Translations under genes and position numbers: made by a program
The notes under the pieces: generated by a model
The model's input: the letters and a program-made list of their open reading frames with translations, nothing else
The model's database searches: none
Told to the model about the DNA's origin: nothing
Shown here: piece after piece, positions 9,285 through 18,874 of the stretch
Layout of the letters: the number at the start of each line of letters is the position of its first letter
Numbering within the stretch: position 1 is the first letter of the stretch
From: Candidatus Pacearchaeota archaeon
Lineage (GTDB): Archaea > Nanobdellota > Nanobdellia > Pacearchaeales > GW2011-AR1
NCBI GenBank assembly: GCA_050124795.1
Contig: JASFEO010000001.1
Coordinates: 43,703 to 107,702, forward strand
DNA: 64,000 nucleotides
Direction of reading: 5' to 3'

Positions 9285-10184
9285 TTATATAAGATTTATT
9301 AATATAATTAGCAAAACAATAAATGTAATCACCCCGATCGCAATAAATGGAAAAATACTTTTTTGATTTTTTTCAGAAACAAGTAATTTTGATTTTGAGA
9401 TAATTGTACAACCTGTTGACTCCGCAGGTTTGTTATATTCGCGGTCACAATTATTTTTATCAACACATGTTCTTGTTCTTATTCCATTGTTGCATCCGGA
9501 CCAATCTGGGCATTCCCAGTTGTTTACACAAAAATCCCCAACTAATTTATATCCTGATAAAGAACTTTTTTTCTCATTATCTTCTTCTTTGCATTCTCCA
9601 TTTTTACAATAATCTTCACATTCCTCCACAATTTCTGTTGCACTTTCATTTCTACAAAATCCTGAATTGCAAACAGGAGTTATTAAATCTCTTGCAATAT
9701 TTTCGGCAGAACAATATTTTTCTTCATAATAAGACCCCCCGCAATCAGAATTTATTTTGCATTCTGGTTCAAAACAGACTCCGCAATCTATTTCACATCT
9801 TGAACAGTCTTCATCATTATTGCAAATTCCATCCCCGCAAAAATCAATAGGTTCAGGAATTTCAATTGTGCAATTTTCTGAGCATCCGTCGTTATTTATT
9901 AAATTTCCGTCGTCGCATTCTTCACAAACCTGCTTTATTCCGTCGCTGCAATAATTTGTTATTGTTTTTAATTTGCAGGTATCTGCGCAATATTCACAAC
10001 TGCTTCCATAATTCGCCCAGCATAAAAAGCCATTTAACAAGCCATAATCGCATTCCTCAAAATTCTGGTTGACTTCTCCATCTCCGCAAAAATTATCTTC
10101 AACAGGATGTGCTAATACAAAACTCATCAAAGATATTAAAATAAAAATTCCAAAAACAAAAATCAATAACCTTCTTTTAACCAT
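9285..10184 (-). CDS. Cys-rich surface protein (DUF4215/Myxococcus-type repeats plus TSP1-like motif)
   Basis: CGDG..EECD and EECDDGN..NDGCS repeats; WECPDWSGC..RTRTC; signal peptide and C-terminal TM. Start set at MVKRR. Confidence 0.8.
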   Translation of the reverse strand: MVKRRLLIFVFGIFILISLMSFVLAHPVEDNFCGDGEVNQNFEECDYGLLNGFLCWANYGSSCEYCADTCKLKTITNYCSDGIKQVCEECDDGNLINNDGCSENCTIEIPEPIDFCGDGICNNDEDCSRCEIDCGVCFEPECKINSDCGGSYYEEKYCSAENIARDLITPVCNSGFCRNESATEIVEECEDYCKNGECKEEDNEKKSSLSGYKLVGDFCVNNWECPDWSGCNNGIRTRTCVDKNNCDREYNKPAESTGCTIISKSKLLVSEKNQKSIFPFIAIGVITFIVLLIILINLI

Positions 10185-10244
10185 ATAAAAACCTAATTCA
10201 TTCACTTTAAAAATATAATTGTATCAGAAAATATATTTTAAGAA

Positions 10245-11246
10245 TTACCTCTCCTCTTTCTTTAACTCACTCATTTTCACAACCTTAATTGGTTTTGACT
10301 TTTTCTTGCCCGAAGTTTTCTTCTTAACAGACTTTGTATTTTTCTTTTCTCCTTTTTTAGACCTTGCATAAACAACTATCCCGATAATTAAAAGAACCAA
10401 AAGTAAAACCACTTTACCTGTTTTTGATTTAGCTAAATCTGAAATCACATTTCCTGTTGAAGAACTTTTTTCATTATTTGTTTCTTCTGATTCTAACTTA
10501 CTTAAATCAGTCTCTTGTGTTTGTGTTGTGTTTGCTCCATCCTCTGTTGATAATGCTTGTGTTGGCAATCCTCCACCTGAAGAACTACCTCCTCCGCCAC
10601 CGCCAGATGAGCCTCCTCCGCTTGAACTTCCTCCTCCTGATGAAGAAGATGAACTGCTTGAAGAAGGTGCAGTGCAGTTTGAAATGTCATAAGTGCAAGT
10701 TGGAGAACATCCTAACTCTCCTGAATAGCCGGACAATCCATAATAATAAAGCATAACACTCTCACAAGTTGCATGTAAAGAAAAATTTCCTCCATCACAC
10801 TGTTCACCTGCATTTGAATTCAAATCTCCATTTCCGCAAGGATCATTTGAAGGAATTTCTTCATCAAAATATAAATCTAAAGTAACTTTTTGACCTCTTT
10901 CATCTTCATAATTATTCCATGAACTTTTATTCAAAGATTCAACTCCATTTATTATAAAAGTAATTTCTCCATAATAATTTGGGTCCCCTGTCGATACTTG
11001 AAGTCCTGAATAATTAGAATTAAAAATATCAAGAACAGCAACAGGTTCATTATTAATTATTGCTCTCAAAGAATATGTTCCATTTTCTAAAAGAGTTCCA
11101 TTAACATAGATTTCTCCTGAAAAAATCTTTGGCGGGCCTCCTGGTTGAACTAATATATCTGCTAGGATAAAACTAGTTAAAAAGATTAATGCAACCCACA
11201 ATAATAAAATATTTTTTCTCATGCTTTTCTCAAAGATTTTTTCCAT
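10245..11246 (-). CDS. Membrane-anchored surface protein with Cys repeat and Ser/Gly linker
   Basis: Signal peptide, CGNG..GEQCDG..TCES..C repeat, poly-S/G stalk, TM, Lys-rich tail. Confidence 0.8.
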   Translation of the reverse strand: MEKIFEKSMRKNILLLWVALIFLTSFILADILVQPGGPPKIFSGEIYVNGTLLENGTYSLRAIINNEPVAVLDIFNSNYSGLQVSTGDPNYYGEITFIINGVESLNKSSWNNYEDERGQKVTLDLYFDEEIPSNDPCGNGDLNSNAGEQCDGGNFSLHATCESVMLYYYGLSGYSGELGCSPTCTYDISNCTAPSSSSSSSSSGGGSSSGGGSSGGGGGGSSSGGGLPTQALSTEDGANTTQTQETDLSKLESEETNNEKSSSTGNVISDLAKSKTGKVVLLLVLLIIGIVVYARSKKGEKKNTKSVKKKTSGKKKSKPIKVVKMSELKKEER

Positions 11247-11349
11247 TTAAAAAGATTGTTGTCCTTAATAAATTATTTTGTAGTTGTATTTAGTATTCAC
11301 TAACTTGTTAAAAAATAAAAGAAAAAGAAAATAAAATTGTTTTAGTTAA

Positions 11350-13869
11350 TCAAGGTCCCCAAAGACAAGCTTTATTGGCATATGCATAACTGTCATCTCC
11401 CTGTGCAAAGAACCAATATCCTTCTCCTGGATTCATAATGTAAGCATCATAAAATGCAGAATCATATCCTACTAATGTGCTCCATTTATTGAAGATTGAT
11501 GCTAATGCACAAATTCTTGGTTTTGATGCAAGACCATAATGTCCAATTAAATTCCATCCCGAACTTATAGGAACACTATTGCCAGGATTGTTACCTGCTT
11601 CAAACAAACTTCCTCCAACAATCAAATCAGTGGAATCACTTGTTTTAACCCAGTAACCTCTGCCCGGAACAATATTCACTAAATTTGAATCTTCGTCACC
11701 AGGAATGTAATAAAACCATTCTCCACCTTCATATGACCAAACTTCTTCAATATTTTCATCATCGCCAAAAACTTCTTCAACATTTGAACTTAATAAATTA
11801 ACTGGAACTGAAATTAAATTCCATTTTTTATCAAGAGATATAGGGAAGTTTTCACCAATTACCTTGAAAACTTTTAATCCACTTGAAGATTTGTTCACAT
11901 TATCATAGCAAGTATATTCTACTCTATGTCTGCATGATCCTTCAAACCAGAAAGTTACTTCATCATTTGAAACACATTCTTCTGTTGGTTCTTCAGTATC
12001 TTTATCCCAATAGATAGTGTAACAGATTTCACGAACTTCTGAGGGATGGTTTCCTTGGTCTTCACAACTTAATGTAATTGGAGTGCCCATTGTAACAATC
12101 CAATCCCAATCATCTTCACATTGGGGCCTAAGAGCTTCCCATATTCCATTACAATCATGCGAATATTCACCTACTTCCAAATCTAATTTTGGAGCAGTAT
12201 GATCAGAAAACACAAACTCTACATTGATATGTTCTTCATTTCCAAGTAAATCAGTAGAGTAATACTCAATCACATGGCATGATTCTTCAATTCCGAAAGG
12301 AGCAGTGTATTCCTGCCAACTTTGGTCATCTTTTGGAGTTTCCTGCCATTGAGAACTACTATTTCTATAACACCAACTATTATCCTTAAGCCTTTCAACT
12401 CTGTAGTAAGTCTTGTCAACTCCTACTGGGTGAGGCTCTGGGTCAGCTGATGTTAAGACAACTCTTGAAACAGTATCAATCCATTGAACTTCGTCTTCAT
12501 GATAATAATAAGGTCCTTCAAAACCAATTCTTGTATTAGGAGCCTGTGTATCGACAATAAACTGTTCAACTAAATCTCTGTCCTTGTTTCCTAAAAGATC
12601 TGTAGCCTCGCAAATTAATTGATGGTAAGAATCTTCATGGAAATAAAAACATCCATTATTAAGTGCGATTCTAAGAATATCATCCGGGTCTCCGGAATTA
12701 TCTTCTGCCCACCAGTTTGACCAGCAAGTGATTGTATCTAATCCTACTGGATGAGGCTCTGGATCATAAGCATCAACACAAATCTTTGTATTTTGATTTA
12801 TGTAACACTCATTATCAATGCAAACCATTGGTTCTCCAACAACTGTATCTTCAAAAATTGGTCCAACTGAATCCACAATGAAATTTTTTGTCTCAGTGTC
12901 AACTTTTCCAACTTTATCAAAACATCTGTATTCTAATTCATGTCTTGAATCCTCAAGAAAATAAAAACTCATAGCTTCTTCCCATTCAGTCCATTCTCCC
13001 CAGAGTTCTGTGTCTTCATTATAGACTCTATATCTATATTCTCTATAATCCACCCCAGATTGCCAATCAGCACCTGAATCAGAACAGCTTAGTTTTATTT
13101 CAGTTGCATGATTTACATAACAAGCATCAGAAGTTCCTTCTTCATCGTCCTCACAATCTCCTTGTTGAGGTGTTTGAACATTCAACGAAACTTCGGGCGG
13201 AGTCAAATCCAGATACCAAATTCCTGAATCCCCGCTAACATGTGTCCCAGTTCCCTGATCCATTCTTACTCTAATGCAATATTCTCCGCTTGGAACATCG
13301 TCAAGAGCAGGGTCCCACCAATAAGACATTGGAATTGGTTCTGAATCAACAGTCTCTATTGTATGCCATATTGAAGTGTCACAACTTTCTCCATATTGGA
13401 TAGTATAAGTTGAAGGATTACAATCTCCTGAATATGTCCAGTTTATCCAAAGAGGATCATAATATTCTCCAGATTCTGGGGATAAAACAGTCACTTTACA
13501 CTCAGGAAGTTGACAATTACTTGTATCAATTAAACAATTATTCAGTGGATTTGAATCGCTCATTGTACAACTTAATGTTCCAACATAACCTTCTCCCATC
13601 TCGCTTTCACAAGTCGCGTCTCCAAAGTCAAACCAGTCACATTCTTCACTTTGTTGATTTATTATCCTATCTCCGCAATATCCTTCTCCCTGACAATCCT
13701 GAATCGGTGTTCCCGCACATATGCCTTGTGCATCACAAGTATCACCTATAGTGCAATCATCTCCGTCGTCGCAAGACTCACCAGGTGTACAAACCATAGC
13801 ACTAACAACACCAAAACTTGTCATCACTAAAACACCAATCATCAAACTAATTAATAATAATTTTTTCAT
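11350..13869 (-). CDS. Large secreted acidic protein with Cys-rich N-terminus and tandem Ig-like repeats
   Basis: Signal peptide, CDDGDDCTIGDTC, four repeats ending in D..GN/D..P, C-terminal WNLIS/GWNLIG..PG.GYW repeats; RBS GGAGG. Confidence 0.8.
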   Translation of the reverse strand: MKKLLLISLMIGVLVMTSFGVVSAMVCTPGESCDDGDDCTIGDTCDAQGICAGTPIQDCQGEGYCGDRIINQQSEECDWFDFGDATCESEMGEGYVGTLSCTMSDSNPLNNCLIDTSNCQLPECKVTVLSPESGEYYDPLWINWTYSGDCNPSTYTIQYGESCDTSIWHTIETVDSEPIPMSYWWDPALDDVPSGEYCIRVRMDQGTGTHVSGDSGIWYLDLTPPEVSLNVQTPQQGDCEDDEEGTSDACYVNHATEIKLSCSDSGADWQSGVDYREYRYRVYNEDTELWGEWTEWEEAMSFYFLEDSRHELEYRCFDKVGKVDTETKNFIVDSVGPIFEDTVVGEPMVCIDNECYINQNTKICVDAYDPEPHPVGLDTITCWSNWWAEDNSGDPDDILRIALNNGCFYFHEDSYHQLICEATDLLGNKDRDLVEQFIVDTQAPNTRIGFEGPYYYHEDEVQWIDTVSRVVLTSADPEPHPVGVDKTYYRVERLKDNSWCYRNSSSQWQETPKDDQSWQEYTAPFGIEESCHVIEYYSTDLLGNEEHINVEFVFSDHTAPKLDLEVGEYSHDCNGIWEALRPQCEDDWDWIVTMGTPITLSCEDQGNHPSEVREICYTIYWDKDTEEPTEECVSNDEVTFWFEGSCRHRVEYTCYDNVNKSSSGLKVFKVIGENFPISLDKKWNLISVPVNLLSSNVEEVFGDDENIEEVWSYEGGEWFYYIPGDEDSNLVNIVPGRGYWVKTSDSTDLIVGGSLFEAGNNPGNSVPISSGWNLIGHYGLASKPRICALASIFNKWSTLVGYDSAFYDAYIMNPGEGYWFFAQGDDSYAYANKACLWGP

Positions 13870-13944
13870 ATTTTATAACCTCCTTTCAATACTTTCTTCC
13901 CAATTTAATTGGTCTCAGTTGCAAAATTAAATTCTGCCAAAAAC

Positions 13945-13968
13945 CGTTATACACGTTATACGTATAAC
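13945..13968. promoter_or_regulatory. Perfect 14-bp palindrome GTTATACGTATAAC with an adjacent extra half-site in a long leader
   Basis: Palindrome at 13955-13968; CGTTATAC occurs at 13945 and 13954; ~85 nt upstream of the start at 13869. Confidence 0.45.
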
Positions 13969-14112
13969 TATGATGTAAGTGGTGAATAATCCCTGAAATA
14001 TTTCCCTTTTTTGCCATTTTCAATAGAATTCTTATTCTGATGAAAATTTCTTTTAAAAGTATTTTGTCGACGGAAAATATACTTTTTGTAATTACTCAAA
14101 ATTAATGAAAAC

Positions 14113-14913
14113 TTAATAACTCTTCCACAAAACTAATTTATTTTTATCATCCCTTAAAAACATTGTATCCCCTGAATCAGTCCAAACATAATCTTCCCTA
14201 CCCCAAAAAATTTCACTTTGAGTATTTCCCCCTTCCCCCACTTTTACTTCCACTTTCTTTCCAGCTTCTAAAATAAAATCCTCAAAACTAAAATGTTTTC
14301 TTCCTTCATCCTTTATACCCCAATTTGTTAAGTCGCAATCAAAACTGCATTTATTATAAAAAACTAAAATTTCACTTTTATAATCAAACTTTTTTAACTC
14401 AATGCAATCAGCGCAAATATCCTCAGACTTTTCACACAAATTTATTTTTTTATTTAAACAATTTTTCCATGCACTTCTAAAATCTTCATAATAATTATCT
14501 TTTCCCGACGGAAAATAATAATTTGCAAAACCTGCTTCAACAATTTCTTGGTTTACATTTTCATTTCCTAAATAAACATAAGCTAAGATTCTTTTGTATT
14601 TGTCATATTTATCTCTTCCAAAAACTAACTCAACTTCTCTCCCTAAAATTTCACCTTCTAAAAATTCTTTTGCCTCATTAGAATACTCCTCTCCTTTTTC
14701 AGGGGTGTTAATTCCTAAAAGTCTAATATGTTCACCAGTTTCAATTTCAATTGTATCTCCGTCAATAACTCTTGTAACAATAACTCTTGTAACATTTACA
14801 ACTCTGTCACCTGACAAAGATCTCTCAACCATGGAATTAAGATAAGGATAATTTATTGTGAAGAGAATTAATATTAATAAAACCAAAAAATAAATCTGAT
14901 TCTTCTTTTCCAT
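14113..14913 (-). CDS. Membrane-anchored thermonuclease (SNase) with C-terminal lamin-tail-like domain
   Basis: VIDGDT, IRLLGINTPE, DKYKRILAYV; C-terminal DLTNWGIKD..VWTDSGDT.FLRD. Confidence 0.88.
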   Translation of the reverse strand: MEKKNQIYFLVLLILILFTINYPYLNSMVERSLSGDRVVNVTRVIVTRVIDGDTIEIETGEHIRLLGINTPEKGEEYSNEAKEFLEGEILGREVELVFGRDKYDKYKRILAYVYLGNENVNQEIVEAGFANYYFPSGKDNYYEDFRSAWKNCLNKKINLCEKSEDICADCIELKKFDYKSEILVFYNKCSFDCDLTNWGIKDEGRKHFSFEDFILEAGKKVEVKVGEGGNTQSEIFWGREDYVWTDSGDTMFLRDDKNKLVLWKSY

Positions 14914-15003
14914 AGTTTTATATAAAATCTCTTTTTTTAAAATTAATGAAATTGGGTTTAAATTCTAAAGATTTTTATATGGTTAATTTCTGATATCTTC
15001 AAA

Positions 15004-15106
15004 CGAGGGTGCCTACGTTGCTCCCAGCCACATTTGCGATTCTTTAAATTTACTTTCAGGATTTATTGCTAATGTAACTGCTCGGTCAAACTGTTAGCCC
15101 ACTCCG
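15004..15106 (+). ncRNA. Candidate ~100-nt structured RNA of unknown class
   Basis: GC-richer island without a long ORF of its own; folds by eye into one long irregular hairpin; BRE/TATA-like AAAGATTTTTATAT ~25 nt upstream. Confidence 0.5.
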
Positions 15107-15142
15107 TAATAATTAAAAAGTCATTTTTTCTAAAAAATATAT

Positions 15143-15226
15143 GCGAGGGTGCCGGAGTGGTCAAACGGGCTGGACTTAAGATCCAGTAGCTTAGTGCTTG
15201 CGCAGGTTCAAATCCTGTCCCTCGCA
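15143..15226 (+). tRNA. tRNA-Leu (anticodon UAA), no intron, CCA not encoded
   Basis: Acceptor GCGAGGG/CCCTCGC+A, anticodon arm CTGGA-CTTAAGA-TCCAG, long variable arm, GGTTCAAATCC T-arm. Confidence 0.97.
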
Positions 15227-15368
15227 TGAATGGAATTAAAAATTCCATAATTCTAGATAGAGTGTTTGCTAAATTCAAAAAGATTTATTTTCGAATCCGA
15301 GCAATTCCGTGGTAGAAGTATCGCCTGCACAGAAACTTCGTGCGAGATTGAGAGTTAGTCCCTCGCAT
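15217..15368 (+). repeat. 11-bp duplication of the tRNA 3' end (GTCCCTCGCAT) flanking a 130-bp insert
   Basis: Copies at 15217-15227 and 15358-15368. Confidence 0.7.
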
Positions 15369-15390
15369 TATAAACATTTTAGAATTATAC

Positions 15391-15837
15391 TTATTCATCA
15401 ACACTTAATTTAAGCCCTTTAAACTTCGGAGAATTTTCCACATATTCTTCAACACCATGGCAAGTCCTTCGATAAAATTCTTCTGCACCGCAAATTAATC
15501 TTCCATCAAGGCAACAAGATCCATCTAAAATTCTCTTTCCATTTCTTGTGTAAATCGACGGAGACTCCTCATTTTTAGGGAAATTTCTAAGTGAGTAACT
15601 AAAAAAATCAATCATTTTGTCCTCTCCATTTTCCCAAGGCAGCACAATAAAATAATCTGCTTTTTTTATTAATTCTAAATCTTCAAATGTTTCTAATACA
15701 TGATCTCTTGCATTATGAAAAGTTCCAAATTCAAATATATCTCCATAAACATAAATTCTCATTCCTTTTTCTGGTAAATTAAATCTCGCAGTAATATCTG
15801 GTTTTTTTCTAAGTTTTGTGAAATCTAATAAATCCAT
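15391..15837 (-). CDS. Hypothetical protein
   Basis: 148-aa ORF starting 1 nt after the upstream gene's stop. Confidence 0.6.
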   Translation of the reverse strand: MDLLDFTKLRKKPDITARFNLPEKGMRIYVYGDIFEFGTFHNARDHVLETFEDLELIKKADYFIVLPWENGEDKMIDFFSYSLRNFPKNEESPSIYTRNGKRILDGSCCLDGRLICGAEEFYRRTCHGVEEYVENSPKFKGLKLSVDE

Positions 15838-15838
15838 T

Positions 15839-16057
15839 TTACTGCTTTTGCAATTTTACACCAAGTTCTTCAAGCCGTTTCATGTGCGCCTGCATAATTG
15901 CCTCGACATTTTGCATCATCTTAAACAATTCATTTCTTTCAGCAACCAAAGTGTTCAAGGCACCCTTATGAAAACCAATTTCTTCTTCCTTTGGAATTTG
16001 AGGTGCAGCATCTTTATTAAGTGCTTTTTCCAAATTATCTTTGTTTAGTTCTACCAT
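15839..16057 (-). CDS. Small coiled-coil hypothetical protein
   Basis: EEIGFHKGALNTL..ERNEL helical pattern; start set at MVELNK. Confidence 0.65.
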   Translation of the reverse strand: MVELNKDNLEKALNKDAAPQIPKEEEIGFHKGALNTLVAERNELFKMMQNVEAIMQAHMKRLEELGVKLQKQ

Positions 16058-16144
16058 AAAACTTCTCACAAAAATTGGTTAATAAATGTTTCTAATTAAA
16101 TTTCCTAACGACAAATTTATAACCTTCTTTAAGTTCTAAGTAAT

Positions 16145-17833
16145 ATGAAACAAAAAATAATTAAACTAATTGAAAAAACTTTGGAAAAAGAAAAAATCAA
16201 TTTAGGAAATATTGAGAACTTAATTGAAATTCCGCCGAATCCTGAAATGGGAGATTTTGCTTTTCCATGTTTTTCATTATCAAAAATTTTTAAAAAAAAT
16301 CCAAATGAAATCGCCAAGGATTTAAAACAAAAAATAAAATTAAATTCTGAAATTGAAAAAATTGAAACTAAAGGTGCATATTTAAATTTCTTTATTAACA
16401 AAAAAGATTTTGCAGAAGAAATTATAAAAAGAATATTAAATGAAAAACAAAACTTTAGAAAACAAAAAAACAAAAAAACAAAAATGATTGAGTTCTCCCA
16501 GGCTAACACTCACAAGGCTTTTCACGTCGGTCATATAAGAGGAACAAGTTTAGGGGAATCACTTTCAAGAATTTCAGAATTTCTAGGGGAAAAAATAACT
16601 CGCGCGAATTACGAAGGAGACACCGGGGTGCATGTTGCAAAATGGTTATGGTGTTTTCAAAAATATCATAAATTATCTGAATTAAAAGATAATGAAGAGT
16701 GGATTGCTTCAATCTACGTCGAAGCAGTTAAGCGTCTTGAAAGATCTCCAAAATTAAAATTTGAAGTTGAGGAAATTAATCGTCGATTAGAACTTGGAAT
16801 TGATAATGACTTAAACAAACTCTGGAAAAAAACAAGAAAATTCTCATTAGATGCTCTTGAAAAAATCTACAAAGAATTAAACACGCATTTTGATATCTAT
16901 TTTTTTGAAAGTGAGGTTGAAGAAAGAGGAAAGGAAATTGTTAAGGATTTAGTAAAAAAGGGAATTGCCGAAATAAGCGATAATGCAACAATAATTAATT
17001 TTGAAAAATATGGAATGGGAGTCTTGGTTTTTATCCGAAGAGATGGAACAGTTCTTTATGGGGGAAAAGATTTAGCACTAGCTGAAAAAAAATCAATTGA
17101 ATATCCAAACCTTGAGGAATATATTTATGTTGTTGGAAATGAACAGGATTTGTATTTCAGGCAAATCTTCAAAACCCTTGAATTAATGAAATTAAATATT
17201 TATGATAAAGTAAAAAATGTCTCATTTGGGATGGTTCGTCTTCCACATGGAAAAATGTCTTCAAGAACAGGGGACAATATTTTATATTCAGATTTTTTAC
17301 GAGAAGTTACAGATTATGCAAAAAAAAGAATTAGTGAACGAAATAAAAAATTAGGAAAAAAAGAATTGGAAAAAAGAGCCTTGATTGTTTCAATTGCCGC
17401 AATAAAATATTCAATGCTAAAACAAAGCCCAAATAAAAATATTATTTTTGAAAAACGTGATGCATTAAATTTCGAAGGCGACACTGGTCCATATCTACTT
17501 TATAGTTTTGCAAGAGCAAATTCAATATTAAAAAAAGCAAAATCAAAAAATAAAAATTTTGAAATCAAAAAATTAAATTCTTCAGAAATTGCATTAACAA
17601 AAAGATTATCTTTATTTCCTGAGATTGTAATAAATGCACATAAAAATTATAATCCGTCGCTAATTGCAAATTATTCTTATGAATTAGCAAAAATTTTTAA
17701 TGAATTTTATCATGCCTCTCCTGTAATTAATTCTGAAAATGAAACTTTTAGATTAAACTTAGTAAAAAGTTTTAAGACTATTTTAGGAAATTCTCTTAAT
17801 CTTTTAGGAATTGAAACTTTGGATGAAATGTAA
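16145..17833 (+). CDS. argS: Arginine--tRNA ligase
   Basis: GDFAFPCF, HVGH, KMSSRTG, FEGDTGPYLLY, DALR-type C-terminus. Confidence 0.97.
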   Translation: MKQKIIKLIEKTLEKEKINLGNIENLIEIPPNPEMGDFAFPCFSLSKIFKKNPNEIAKDLKQKIKLNSEIEKIETKGAYLNFFINKKDFAEEIIKRILNEKQNFRKQKNKKTKMIEFSQANTHKAFHVGHIRGTSLGESLSRISEFLGEKITRANYEGDTGVHVAKWLWCFQKYHKLSELKDNEEWIASIYVEAVKRLERSPKLKFEVEEINRRLELGIDNDLNKLWKKTRKFSLDALEKIYKELNTHFDIYFFESEVEERGKEIVKDLVKKGIAEISDNATIINFEKYGMGVLVFIRRDGTVLYGGKDLALAEKKSIEYPNLEEYIYVVGNEQDLYFRQIFKTLELMKLNIYDKVKNVSFGMVRLPHGKMSSRTGDNILYSDFLREVTDYAKKRISERNKKLGKKELEKRALIVSIAAIKYSMLKQSPNKNIIFEKRDALNFEGDTGPYLLYSFARANSILKKAKSKNKNFEIKKLNSSEIALTKRLSLFPEIVINAHKNYNPSLIANYSYELAKIFNEFYHASPVINSENETFRLNLVKSFKTILGNSLNLLGIETLDEM

Positions 17834-17926
17834 AAATATGCTTCGCAGAATTTAGAAGCATTCTCTTGAAACCAAAACTTATTTAAATTCTTTTAACGTC
17901 GTAAAATTATAAAAAGGAGGTTGAAA

Positions 17927-18151
17927 ATGGCTAAGAAAAAAGCTAAAACAATGAATCATAGCCTGATGCATTTTGTTGCCTGGCTGACAGGAGTGATTGT
18001 CTCACTTTCAGTTGGTTTTGCAATGATTGACGGAACACTAACTCTTCCAAACTGGCTTGGCGGCGTAATAGTTGCAATGGTTGCAGGATGGATTGTAGTT
18101 CTCACAACAGCAATCAGCGTTATCCTTGCAATAATGCACTACTTAAAATAA
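17927..18151 (+). CDS. Small two-TM membrane protein
   Basis: Strong RBS AAGGAGG, two hydrophobic helices, T-rich terminator after the stop. Confidence 0.7.
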   Translation: MAKKKAKTMNHSLMHFVAWLTGVIVSLSVGFAMIDGTLTLPNWLGGVIVAMVAGWIVVLTTAISVILAIMHYLK

Positions 18152-18249
18152 TTTTTTACTTTTTCTAATTTTTTATTTTTATAAAAACAAAACTTCTATC
18201 CCTATTTATATCAGAAACATTTAAATATCATCCTGTCTCATTAAATATC

Positions 18250-18462
18250 ATGGAAATAAAAATTAAGCCAAGAAAATGGGGAAATTCTCTGGCAGTTATT
18301 TTGCCAAAACTAATTGTGGATGCAAACAGGATTAAAGAAAATCAGGAAATTACAATCGAAATTAAAGATAAACCAACTGCAAAAAAAATATTTGGGATGC
18401 TGCCAAGAAAATCAAAAAAAAGTGCACAGCAAATAAAAGATGAGATGAGAAAAGGATGGTAG
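18250..18462 (+). CDS. vapB: AbrB/MazE-family antitoxin (VapB)
   Basis: RKWGNSLAVILPK motif; overlaps the PIN gene. Confidence 0.88.
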   Translation: MEIKIKPRKWGNSLAVILPKLIVDANRIKENQEITIEIKDKPTAKKIFGMLPRKSKKSAQQIKDEMRKGW

Positions 18463-18821
18463 ATTATTTCTTTGATAGTTATGCTGTAATTGAATTAATC
18501 GAAGGCAATTCAAACTATGCTAAATATTCTAATGAATCTTTTGTTATCACTATTTTTAACTTAACAGAAATATATTGGTTTGCACTTAGAGAATATTCAG
18601 AAAAAGAAGCTGGCAAAATTTATGATTATTTCAGCCAATTTGTAATTAAAATAAATGATGAAACATTAAAACATGCAATTAAATTTAGAATTAAAAATAA
18701 AAAGAAAGATTTGTCTTATGCAGATTGTATTGGTTATATTTATGCTCTTAAGAATGATATGAAATTTTTAACAGGAGATAAAGAATTTGGAAAACTCAAA
18801 AATGTTGAATTTGTAAAATAA
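18456..18821 (+). CDS. vapC: PIN-domain toxin (VapC)
   Basis: FFDSYA, NLTEI, LSYADC, LTGDKEF acidic PIN residues. Confidence 0.9.
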   Translation: MVDYFFDSYAVIELIEGNSNYAKYSNESFVITIFNLTEIYWFALREYSEKEAGKIYDYFSQFVIKINDETLKHAIKFRIKNKKKDLSYADCIGYIYALKNDMKFLTGDKEFGKLKNVEFVK

Positions 18822-18874
18822 TTTTTAGATATTAAAATAGTGAAATATTTAAACTTGTTTTATTGTCATAATTT

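Noticed and set aside
13986-13998. 13-nt match ATAATCCCTGAAA with 63910-63922
   Set aside because: No extension on either side; plausible by chance in 64 kb of AT-rich DNA
15004-15106. 5S rRNA, RNase P RNA, C/D guide or split tRNA half
   Set aside because: No CCGAAC loop, no GAGGAAAGTCC, no C/D boxes, no anticodon or T arm
15069-15278. 69-aa minus-strand ORF
   Set aside because: It is the antisense reading of tRNA-Leu
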